A stretch of DNA of 33,387 nucleotides from Octopus bimaculoides (Eukaryota), in contig NC_069004.1 of NCBI RefSeq assembly GCF_001194135.2, positions 9,839,311 through 9,872,697 on the forward strand, written 5' to 3'. The notes beneath the pieces were generated by a model that saw only the letters and a list, made by a program, of their open reading frames with translations, was not told the DNA's origin and did not search any database. How positions within the stretch are numbered: position 1 is the stretch's first letter; each line of letters opens with the position of its first letter. Both the position numbers and the translations under genes were made by a program. Below are positions 22,696 through 33,387 of this stretch, one piece after another.

Positions 22696-23365
22696 AATTA
22701 AATGACAAATGTGACAAAAAAAAAATACAATTGCCACCACTACACTTTCTATTACAATAATCACAACCATTATTACTACAAACTGAAGTCTCATTGTGCC
22801 ATAACACACCTCTGTCCCACAGTAACTTGTTGATTTGTTCTTGTAAGAAAGTCCTAATAAACGAGTAACAAAAGGCTACATAACAACAAAAACAAGATCA
22901 ACATAGCTCTTACTCTTCTTTCACATATTTGTAGCTGACTAGCTTTCTGCTTGTGTGAAAAGACCTTACCTAGATCAGTTAAAAGCAGACAAAAAATATT
23001 TATTTTAAGAAGAAAAAAATATGATTATAAAATGAGAAAAAAAACAATTTAAAAAGGATAAGATAAACTAATAGATACAAATTCTTGTTTGAGATAACCA
23101 AGGAGTTATTTAATCTCTTGTGCCCTTCCCAAATTGAACAAATTTGACCTGCTTTTCAAGTATGTTGTCACAATCTGCTAAACGTTTCATACTGAGAAAT
23201 CGGTCAATCACAAAATATTTTATTTCATAAATTGTTTTTTTTTGTTAGAATGTATTTTATGCATTACAGATATATAGGTTTGGCTCATGACATCTATCAC
23301 TATTCCAAATGTAAATTAAAATCCAGTGAGAATGAGAAGGTGACAGACACACTAACCAGTATATA

Positions 23366-23508
23366 CAGGGTGTTCACAAAACCTGGATACATGGGGACGA
23401 ACACATACTTTTAAACAAAAGTAAAAAAAGGGAAAATTATTTCTTATATTTAATTATTTATGTTATGATTTTATTTACTCCATGTACCCAGACTTTGTGG
23501 ACACCCTG
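23366..23508. mobile_element. Tc1/mariner-type MITE, 143 bp
   Basis: TIR CAGGGTGT(T/C)CACAAA(AC/GT)CTGG(A/G)TACATGG with TA on both flanks. A partial inverted copy lies at about 6916-7014. Confidence 0.85.
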
Positions 23509-23849
23509 TACATATAAACAGGATGGTCATGTTTGAAACGTCTTACAGATTTGCATGATCAGAGCTCGACAAAAGCAACAGCAGTAAGAAGCTATTTTTG
23601 TTTATTGGGCTTTTTTTTATCAATGTACAACAGTATCCTCATCCTCCTGACCATCATCATCACCATTTAACATCTGTTTTCTATGCAGGCATGAGTTGGA
23701 TTGTTTGACAGGATCTGCCAAGCTGCAGGGCTGCACCAAGCTCCACTGCCAACTTTGGCATGGTTTTTACAACTGGATGCCCTTCCTAATGCTAACCACT
23801 TTACAGTCTGTACTGGGCGCTTTTTTCATGTGTCACCAGCATCAGTAAG

Positions 23850-24225
23850 GGCGATCTTACGGCACGAGTCCTAAATATCGGCCTTTTCCGTAAAAAGTGT
23901 CTTCGGCGATCTTTACCAAAGATCAACCTTTTCCGTAACACCCGCATGATCTTCACTACGGCGTTATGGTTAGGGTTTTAGTGTCAGGGTTAGGGTTAGG
24001 GTTACAGTTAGGGATGGAATTCCCTAACCCAAACCCTAAAACCCTAACCCTAACCCTAAACCCTTCAAAATAAATCGCGCTCTCTATATGTCTTTTGCTT
24101 TTATGACGTTGTTTCCCTGTTTCTCTCCAACACTTTTTACGGGAAAGGCCGATCTTTGGTAAAGATTGCCGAAGACACTTTTTACAGAAAAGGCCGATAT
24201 TTAGGATTCGTACCGTGAGACCGCC
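23850..24225. mobile_element. Foldback MITE with ~89-bp TIRs and internal head-to-head TTAGGG/CCCTAA arrays
   Basis: TIRs at 23850-23938 and 24137-24225. TSD tcagtaag / ttagtaag (8 bp, one mismatch). Confidence 0.88.
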
Positions 24226-24784
24226 TTAGTAAGTTCACCAACACAGAAAAGAACAGGGAAAATATTCCCCATAATTAAGTAGGGGGGAGCATTTGGGAGA
24301 GGTCCTTATGCCAAGTGTTGAAAGGATAAAGTACGAGAGAACAAGCAAAAATGTCTTGCTGTTGAGGAGATACATAAAGGGTGGTTTGACAAATATAGTA
24401 GCAATGGAGTACCAGAGTAAGCTCTCAAGGTACAAGAAGTGAAAAATATTTCACTTAACCATTTCTCTAATCATTCTCATACCAAACATCCCAATATCAT
24501 GAAAAATTTGTATTTTCTCAGCCACTTTCCCTTCTTTCACCATCGTAAAACCTGTCCAACTGAGCTAATAAAAGGGGTCGCATAGTCACTTAACTTACCA
24601 GAAGAAGCAGCTTAAAGTCTCCCTTGAATTATACTCTACCATCTTAAGAAAGGAATGTCTATAATGTTGTCTAGATACCTCTACAGAGACATGGTTGTCA
24701 AGACTGGAATGTCTGTGATTATAGGTCCACTTAATCGGGGCTGACCTAGGGCTAAACAGGTACAATATCAACACCAAAATTGTC

Positions 24785-24945
24785 ACAACAACCATTAGCA
24801 TCATTATGACACCATCATTAAGGAAACAAGTAGTAGCAGCAGCAACAACAACAACAGCCACCACCAACACTACCACCGCCGTCGCTGCCACCACCACCAT
24901 CACCATCACCAGAACCACTGCATTCACCACTACCCCCCATTATTA
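24785..24945. repeat. Mixed (CAC/CAA/CAG/CAT)n trinucleotide tract
   Basis: Read directly from the sequence. Similar tracts at about 2270-2305, 8180-8270 and 21310-21350. Confidence 0.85.
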
Positions 24946-25333
24946 CTGATAAATTAATGGTACCACCAATACCATAACAGTGAATCCCACATCCAAAAGC
25001 ACTTGACATGATTTTTTAATATGCCTGAGCAAAACGAACACAAGAAAATGATAATGATCAGAATTTTAATGAGTTTCATGTTACTCATAAATTACTTTGT
25101 AATCAAAAATAACACTAACTAACGATTTTCCATTACAAACTCTTAACAAGGGGCTGGATTGCCAATTCATAGATCACAGGTTCAAATCTCGACGGAAGAA
25201 TAACATTGGTTGTTGTTTGGCCTCAAGTCTACTCTGATTAAACAGACATACGATGAAACCTCTCCCACCATGACGGCCATGTCTTTTATTCAAACATAGT
25301 GCATCTAAGGCAGATTTTGGCTGTTGTTTGTGC

Positions 25334-25424
25334 ATAGAGGTTCAGAATAGCTATGAGATTCAGAATAGCTTTGAGGTTCAGAATAGCTATAGAGGTTCAG
25401 AATAGCTATAGAGGTTCAGAATAC
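25334..25424. repeat. Minisatellite, ~18-19-bp unit, about 5 copies
   Basis: GAGGTTCAGAATAGCTATA repeated with small variants. Confidence 0.9.
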
Positions 25425-27539
25425 AACAATGACTTTCAATCAGGGGGCCTTAGCAAAATTTTTGGGTGCCACATGAAAAAAACTGGACATTTGGGGGATC
25501 TGGAGAAATTTCTGAAAGATCTGTTGTAATTATGAGACTAATTCCTTCTACATATATTCTTGGTATCATACCTTAACCCCTTTTTCTGCAGAACACCCCT
25601 TCCATTCCCTAGTACACCCTCTCATTTTGCCAGTGACGGGGGTGGATCTTGTCTTGCAAGTTACTTTATGACCTCATTAGTACCAGTACCACATAAAATA
25701 AACACCCAGTATATTCTGTAAAATGGTTGACATTGGAGAAGGCACCTAATCATAGAAACCATGTCAAAACAGACACTGGAACTTGGTACAATCCTTTGAA
25801 CTGCAAGCCCCTATCAAACTGTCNNNNNNNNNNNNNNNNNNNNNNNNNNNNNNNNNNNNNNNNNNNNNNNNNNNNNNNNNNNNNNNNNNNNNNNNNNNNN
25901 NNNNNNNNNNNNNNNNNNNNNNNNNNNNNNNNNNNNNNNTCTGTAAAATGGTTGACATTGGAGAAGGCACCTAATCATAGAAACCATGTCAAAACAGACA
26001 CTGGAACTTGGTACAATCCTTTGAACTGCAAGCCCCTATCAAACTGTCCAACCCATGCAGTATGGAAAGGAAATGTGAGATGATGATGATGATGATCACT
26101 ATATATTCAAAATATTGAATTTTATGAAAATTTACTACAATGTATTATCTAGTTACTAAAACTGAAATACACTTTCCTTTCCTCGAGGCAGTGTGGTTGA
26201 GTCAGGTGTCTTCTACTATAGCCCTGGGCCAACCAAAGCCTTTTGAGTTGATTCAAGAGACAAAGACTGTGGATGTGTGTCTATAACCTGTTTTCAACAA
26301 AAGCAATCTCTAGTTAGCTTACCACTGGCCACCTTTTTACACACACCCACTTCCTTGGAAGAGTATAGTAGACTTGAATGTCTTCTTGCATTTTTCCTGT
26401 TGACTGGTGTCATTGAGAATGTTTGGCCGAGGTACAGAGACACTTGCTTAAGGTCTTACCAAACCTATCACTGCTTGTACCAATGGCAATAGGTGGGGTT
26501 TGAACTCAGAATGCAAAATGTGGAAACAGATTCAGTTCTGCTAATCCATTGCCATAGCTTTGCACCTATTTTAATCCACTACAAAAGAATAAACAACTAC
26601 GTTAACTAAGGTGGGATCTGAACTCAGAACACAAAGAATCAGAATAAACACTACAAGGTATTCTATTTTGCACTCTAACAAACTCACCAATTCGACATCA
26701 TACATCACAATACACACACATGCACAAACACATGCATTTCTTTCTCTTCATGGTTGTTGCATGGGTGCCAGTCGTCAAATTTAACTGGATTTCGATTTCA
26801 CTTGCCTCAACAGGTCTTTGCAAGTGGAAGTTTAGTGTTCAATTCAACTATATATATATATTAATTTATAATTATATAAAAAAAAATTATATTAAAAGGT
26901 ATCTAGAAATAGACAGCAAATGGCTCTAAAAACCACATTTGGCATCTATTTCTAGCGTATTGGTGGAGTTTATCCGCACTCTTTAATATAATTATATTAT
27001 ATAATTATGAATTAGTTTAAAATGTTACCTGCATGGGTTTTTTTCACACTGGCCACTTGATAAAATCATTGAACTGATTTTATTCTTAATTTTATTTTGT
27101 GTGTGTATATATGTGTGGATATCATCATCATCATCATCATATATATTTGTCACCAGTTAAGGTAATTGAGGCTCTTATCAAGGGATAGCACATGGCCTCA
27201 ATTCCTACAGAAATCAGCTGCCTTGGCTTTCCAACTAGACTGGAAAAAATTGGTCAGAAAGCCAAAACAACTTAATAGAGAAAGCCATCAAAGAGATAAG
27301 CACGACAGCTGAAAACACCTCAAGGTGTCTGTAGTTGATAAGAGACCAGAAGTGGAACCCTTCCATAGATGAATACTAATTCAGTCCTCACTGCCCCACT
27401 TAGGCAAGGCATACTGGTTAAGGGGTGAAATGTTTGTGACCCCTGAGATATCTGCTGATGATACAGATCCAGTTTCCAACATTGTAATAGATTCAAAAGA
27501 ACTTGCAATTCCTGTGAGTAGTTCTTACAGTTTCTGACA

Positions 27540-28230
27540 TATCATCATCCTCATCATCATTTAGCATCTGCTTTCCATGCTGGCATGGGTTAGACCAGGG
27601 GTTTTCAAACTGTGGTCCGCAAGGACAAGACAGGGGGTCCGTGGACAGCAAATACTTTTTATGGGCAATTTGATTTTATATGTTTTTTAATCGAAATCTT
27701 TTAATTGACAATAAACCTATTTGTTAAATACTGTTAAATAAATAAATGTAAAAATATATGTTTATTTTAAGCAAATATTTTTGTATAAATTTCATAAGCG
27801 TTTATAAGGGGGTCCCTAAGGTAAAGCCTGAAATATAAAGGGGTCCGCAAGTCAAAAAGTTTGAAATCCCCTGGGTTAGACAATTTGACTGGAACTGGTA
27901 AACCAGAGAGCTGTACCAAGTCCCAGTCTAATCTGACATGGTTTCTACGGCTGGATGCCCTTCCTAACGCCAACCACTCCTAGAGTGTATTGAGTGCCTT
28001 TTACATGTTTTTATGTGTCACCAGTACAGGTGCCAGTTACGTGACACCTGCATCAGCCATGAATATGATTTTATTTGGCTTGACGAATCTTTTCAAGCAC
28101 AGCATATTGCTAAACATCTTGATCACTTGTCATCAAACCTGTGAGGCCCAACATTCAAAGATCATGCTTCACCACCTTGTCCCATGTCTTCCTGAGTCTA
28201 CCTCTTCCACAGGTGTTTCCTCCACAGTTA
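27540..28230 (-). mobile_element. 5'-truncated RTE-type LINE 3' end (family C) with ORF C-terminus, interrupted by a hAT MITE
   Basis: About 28100-28230 on the minus strand encodes a decayed TCGRGRLRKTWDKVVKHDL (RTE C-terminal GRPRKTW motif), followed by the 3' UTR and (GAT)n tail. Confidence 0.75.
27596..27873. mobile_element. hAT (Charlie-like) MITE, 278 bp, second copy
   Basis: Same TIR and a perfect 8-bp TSD ggttagac (27588-27595 / 27874-27881). Confidence 0.93.
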
Positions 28231-29678
28231 GAGATAATATTGCAAGTTTTACATAAGTCTTAATGAAAAATAGTTTCAAACAATGTTCCTCAGCATAAAG
28301 ATAAATTGCTAATTAAAACTGCTTTCCACAGTTAAAGGTAATGAAATTTTGAATGGATATATCTGAATTTTATAATAAAAGAGTTAATGATGACAAAGTT
28401 ATTTTACTAAATCTTCATTATTTTCGAAATTAATTGAAACAAACGCAGAGTATATCAACATAAATTCCTGACTGATTTTTTCCAATCTAATTGGAAAGTC
28501 ATGGCAGCTGACTAAAATAACTGTGGTTCATAGACATGAACCTGACATCAAAATCATGATATAGATAGAGATAAAGTTTGTTGACATAGATGAAAGTGGA
28601 ACAAATAACTGTCACCAATGTAGACAATTAGACTTTTTTTAAAATTGTATACAACTGAGAGATAAAAATCACCCCCAATCTGGTTTATGACCAGATAAAA
28701 CTTACTGTCAGTTACAAACTTGACACATTCTATAATGTTAAGTCTCAATGGTAATTAACAAGATCAAAGCATCAATCAACAATTACAGGGATTCTCTTCA
28801 GTAAATCTTAAAAAAATTAAAACTGGTAAATTCTTAATAGTATAGTCGTGTATGAAAGAGAAGCGGAGTACAATATGGCAATGTTTATCTTTTATTGTTC
28901 ACTTCCATTACATCCTCTGCCATCATCCCATTTTCTTTACCGTTATTCCTTCTTCCATCTCTCTTTCTCTTTTTTCCCCTTCATACTGCCTTAGTAAATT
29001 CTGAGAAAAGCATGCAATTTTGTTGGACATATCCAGGAAACTAGAGTTAAAATCTTAAATTTTCTTCACTCATGTGGCTTCTATACAACCTCCTTACCAA
29101 CAACCATCAAGTAGCAGTCAATAACTCTTTCTCTCCCTCTTCCATTACCCGCCTATTTATCACCCTTTCACTCTGGTTCTCTTATCCCACACTCTACTGT
29201 CCATTCTAACTATATGTGTCCAACAGGTATTGCTCTAATAGCCTGGATGACATCAGGACAAGTACCTCTCTCACCCTCTCTTTATTAAATGTCCCATCTG
29301 GTGCCATGAGGATAACATTAATTTATCACGGACAACCTTTTGCCCATTTGCCTTAACATCCACAACAAGGGCTGATATAGTGTAGAAGGCACACTCTTAG
29401 CCTTGGTAATCTATCTAGAAGAACCATCTATCCATTTGTTATTACACTCTAACAAGGCCTTCTGCTAATAAACTAGGTACAATATAGAGATAATACAAGG
29501 CCCTCTCTATGAAACTCCCTAATATATCACATGGTGCCAAAGAGATATCAACACAATCCAGCTGCACTTATGACACTTAGAGCCAGCCATCTTCACTATA
29601 ACCTGAACACAGCATCGAAGAGGATAATAGGTTGCTACTCTATACAACCCATACTAGCATGGGAAAGTGGAAATAAAA

Positions 29679-29843
29679 GGTGCAGGAGTGGCTGTGTGGT
29701 AAGTAGCTTGCTTACCAAGCACATGGTTCTGGGTTCATTCCCACTGCATGGCACCTTGAGCAAGTGTCTTCTACTATAGCCTCGGGCCGACCAAAGCCTT
29801 GTGAGTGGATTTGGTAGACGGAAACTGAAAGAAGCCCGTCGTA

Positions 29844-29928
<85 letters not shown>

Positions 29929-30128
29929 GTGTATATGTTTGTGCCTCCAACATCGCTTGACAACCGATGCTGGTGTGTTTATGTCCCCGTAACTTAGCGA
30001 TTCAGCAAAAGAGACCAATAGAATAAGTACTAGGCTTACAAAGAATAAGTCCTGGGGTTCGATTTGCTCGACTAAAGGCGGTGCTCCAGTATGGCCGCAG
30101 TCAAATGACTGAAACAAGTAAAAGAGTA
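29679..30128 (+). mobile_element. SINE family B
   Basis: Same architecture with a long internal (TA)n. Confidence 0.9.
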
Positions 30129-30915
30129 TGTGACTAAGATTCTTCTGCATATGTATGTGGCCTACCATCAATATTCAGCTGTAAAACAAATAATGGCTGG
30201 GGGTGGATGTTTGTGAGATGCCTTCAACACTGAAATAAAAACAGGTCAAACTTTATTTTATCAAGTGAACTACAGGATTATAGGGTTTATTTTTTGGGGT
30301 TTTTTTTTTATTCTAGAAACTTTCTAACAAAAATTACAAAATAACTTTCACAGATTGCGTTTACCTTTTATTTTTTATTTGTTTCACTCATTGGACCGCA
30401 CCCATGCTGGGGCACAACCCTCAGGGGTTTAAGTGAACCAAATCGACCCCAGTACTTATATTTTAACTCTGGTACTTATTCTATCAGTTTTTTTTTTTTT
30501 TTTTTTACTGAACCACTAAGTTATGGGGGCATAAACAAACCAATCCTAGTTATCAAGAAGAGGTGGTGGAGGTGCAGAAAAACACACACACACGCATGTG
30601 TGTGTGTGTGTGTGCGTGTGTGTTCTTCCTTCTACTACTAAACTTCTTCTCAATTCCTTAAACCCTTTCTTATCCTTCAAATCCCCCCCACTCTCTTCAT
30701 CTCACTCAAGACTTTGCTTCTCCTCATTCCATTAATCTATTCTTCTTCCTCCTAACACTACTACCCCTACCAATTCGTGGCCACATATGAATTACACATG
30801 GTCCTGAATTCCTTATCACATGCAGCAAGTTTCTTTCCACCCACCCCCACTTAGAGGATGCAAAATTCTGCTGACTTTCATTAATTTCTAACTTTGCAAC
30901 TTTTCCCTCAAGAGT

Positions 30916-31305
30916 TTGTTGTTGTTGGCACTCCGTCACTTACGACGCCGAGGGTTCCAGTTGATCCGATCAACGGAACAGCCTGCTCGTGAAATTAACG
31001 TGCAAGTGGCTGAGCACTCCACAGACACGTGTACCCTTAACGTAGTTCTCAGGGATATTCAGCGTGACACAAAGTGTGACAAGATTGACCCTTTGAATTA
31101 CAGGCACAACAGAAACAGGAAGTAAGAGTGAGAGAAAGTTGTGGTGAAAGAGTACAGCAGGGTTCGCCACCATCCCCTGCCGGAGCCTCGTGGAGCTTTA
31201 GATGTTTTCGCTCAATAAACACTCACAACGCCCGGTCTGGGAATCGAAACCGCGATCCTATGACTGCAAGTCCACTGCCCTAACCACTGGGCCATTGCGC
31301 CTCCA
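30916..31305 (-). mobile_element. Full-length SINE family A
   Basis: Same consensus, with TSD ccctcaagagt / cccttcaagagt (one indel). Confidence 0.92.
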
Positions 31306-31924
31306 CCCTTCAAGAGTATCTGTGTTCAAAACATTGAATCTTTTCTACTCCTCCTGACAAATTCATTGTAGTTTTCTTATTGATTTTACTACAACTTCAA
31401 CTACACACACACAATTTCCATCTACCAAATCCACCGACAAGGCTTTACTTGACCCAGGGTTATAGTAGAAGATATTAGCCCATGGTGTTGAGCAGTGGGA
31501 GTAAACCTAAGATCACATGGCTGGGAAGCAAGCTTCTCAACCACACAGCCATGCCTGGAGCAATGGTTATCAGTAGATAACTGTCTCTGCCATGTTATAA
31601 CCCTTTTAGCAGTTAGGTTATCTGGGCAGCTAAACTATATCAAGATTAACATCAACCAACATTTCACCAAGCTACTTACAATTCAGAAATTACGTAAATA
31701 CTCTCCTAAATTGCTATACAAGGCTACACTATTCACCTCCGCCAAGTGGTTAAAGTGTTGCAGTCAATCTAAAATTGTGGTTTTAGTTATTTTAGAAACT
31801 TTCTGACAAAAATTACAACTTTCACAGATAACTTTTACCATTGATCTTTTACCTGTTTCACTCATTGGACTGCAGCCATACTGGGACACCACCTTCAAGG
31901 GTTTGGTCAACCCTTCAGGTTATA

Positions 31925-32133
31925 AAAGAGCAGAAGAGACTGAGATTACAACACTCTCCATTGTACAGGATACTGGTCTATTGCAGGATTAACTTCCCAG
32001 TTATTACTGGAACACATTTACAGCAGAGTGGACTGGGTAACATGAAACGAAGTTTGTTCAACACAATACATTACCTCGTCCAGGAATCGAAACCAATTTT
32101 AGGTTTGTCAGTACAACACTCTAACCACTTGGT
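31925..32133 (-). mobile_element. Second, more decayed CORE/V-like SINE
   Basis: Minus strand AATCCTGCAATAGACCAGTATCCTGTACAATGG follows a tRNA head and CORE-like segment. Confidence 0.5.
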
Positions 32134-33057
32134 GGGCTGAATTGAGCAGCCCTACATAACACTTTGAGGCAATATTTAGATCATTTCTGAATAGTAAGTA
32201 GGTTAGTGAAATGTTGGTTACTATTAATCATGATATAGTTTCATCCCCAGATAAGTTTTACTTAATGTTAAAAACAAAGTTTACAAAGAGGAAAATGTAA
32301 TTTTATATTTTTACTGACTGATTTGTTTGCATTGGAAAAATGAATTTAGGACATTGCAAACTGGCCCAGTTGTTAACCCAGTTGACTAACACAGAGCTTA
32401 CAAGATTATGTCTTGTTTCTTTTGCTGAATTGCTAAGTTACAAGGACATANNNNNNNNNNNNNNNNNNNNNNNNNNNNNNNNNNNNNNNNNNNNNNNNNN
32501 NNNNNNNNNNNNNNNNNNNNNNNNNNNNNNNNNNNNNNNNNNNNNNNNNNNNNNNNNNNNNNNNNNNNNNNNNNNNNNNNNNNNNNNNNNNNNNNNNNNN
32601 NNNNNNNNNNNNNNNNNNNNNNNNNNNNNNNNNNNNNNNNNNNNNNNNNNNNNNNNNNNNNNNNNNNNNNNNNNNNNNNNNNNNNNNNNNNNNNNNNNNN
32701 NNNNNNNNNNNNNNNNNNNNNAAACACAGACATACACACAATATTGCTTATTAACTTCCTCCTTCCTGAACCACTTCTTTCCCTCTCACCCCACCCTCCA
32801 TCAACCACATCTTCACCCGCTTTCAACACTCACTATATCCACCTCTACCTCAATCTCTAACCAGCTCCTCCCACATTCTAATAAAATCACCCACCCTCTC
32901 CTTCTTCCCTGATCCAGTCTATATTCTCCTTTATACTCACCTTTTTTTTGCATTGTGAGTAAGCTCTAGGACACCCCGTCACCACCATCTTTATCTCCTT
33001 TCCAAATGACTCTCACACACCCTCACATAATGCAGATTGGGCCATGTCTCCACTATA

Positions 33058-33387
33058 GGAGGCGCAATGGCCCAGTGGTTAGGGCAGCGGACTCAAGGTC
33101 ATAAGATCGCAGTTTCGATTTCCAGACCGGCCATTGTGAGTGTTTATTGAGCAAAAACACCTAAAGCTCCAAGAGGCTCTGGCAGGGGATGGTGGCGAAC
33201 CCTGCTGTACTCTTGCACCACAACTATCTCTCACTCTTACTTCCTGTTTCTGTTGTGCCTGTAATTTAAAGGGTCAGCCTTGTCATGCTCTGTGTCACGC
33301 TGAATATCCCCGAGAACTACGTTAAGGGTACACGTGTCTGTGGAGTGCTCAGCCACTTGCACGTTAATTTCACGAACAGGCTGTTCC
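33058..33387 (+). mobile_element. SINE family A (cut by the window edge)
   Basis: Collinear with the other family A copies. Confidence 0.92.

Noticed and set aside
22914-22969. 56-nt minus-strand segment with AG/GT borders that would join the 21548 exon in phase
   Set aside because: The peptide VRSFHTSRKLVSYKYVKE shows no resemblance to the expected TONSL RLYLNLGL...RKSIFLAE segment.
23969-24064. Ancestral chromosome end-to-end fusion site
   Set aside because: The arrays are short and enclosed by TIRs and a TSD inside an intron, so they are transposon cargo.
25715-26048. Exact 109-bp direct repeat (25715-25823 / 25940-26048) flanking a 116-N gap, with a matching duplicated ORF
   Set aside because: Identity across a scaffold gap indicates an unmerged contig overlap rather than a biological duplication.
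31680-31770. Minus-strand LQHFNHLAEVNSVALYSNLGEYLRNF, vaguely TPR-like, near splice-like sites
   Set aside because: It is bounded by in-frame stops, and there is no usable acceptor in that frame.

Overview
AT-rich eukaryotic scaffold with N gaps, almost entirely intronic and repeat-dense. The SINE repertoire, microsatellite load and TTAGGG-type motifs suggest a coleoid cephalopod, most likely Octopus (inference). Three minus-strand coding exons (21374-21548, 13804-13909, 10559-10719) splice in frame into a TPR-region segment resembling Tonsoku-like protein (TONSL). I did not find the neighbouring exons inside the window. The rest is mobile DNA: a decayed RTE-clade LINE, many 5'-truncated RTE 3' ends with (GAT)n tails, several modular tRNA-derived SINE families, at least four MITE types, Penelope-like end fragments with degenerate hammerhead-ribozyme motifs, and compound microsatellites. 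There are no prokaryotic features, CRISPR arrays, or true tRNA/rRNA genes. Most ORF-track entries are microsatellite, gap or SINE artefacts. The most unusual elements are a 376-bp foldback MITE carrying head-to-head telomere-like arrays, the hammerhead-like motifs, and SINE module exchange at an internal microsatellite. All family assignments were made by eye or from memory, without database searches.
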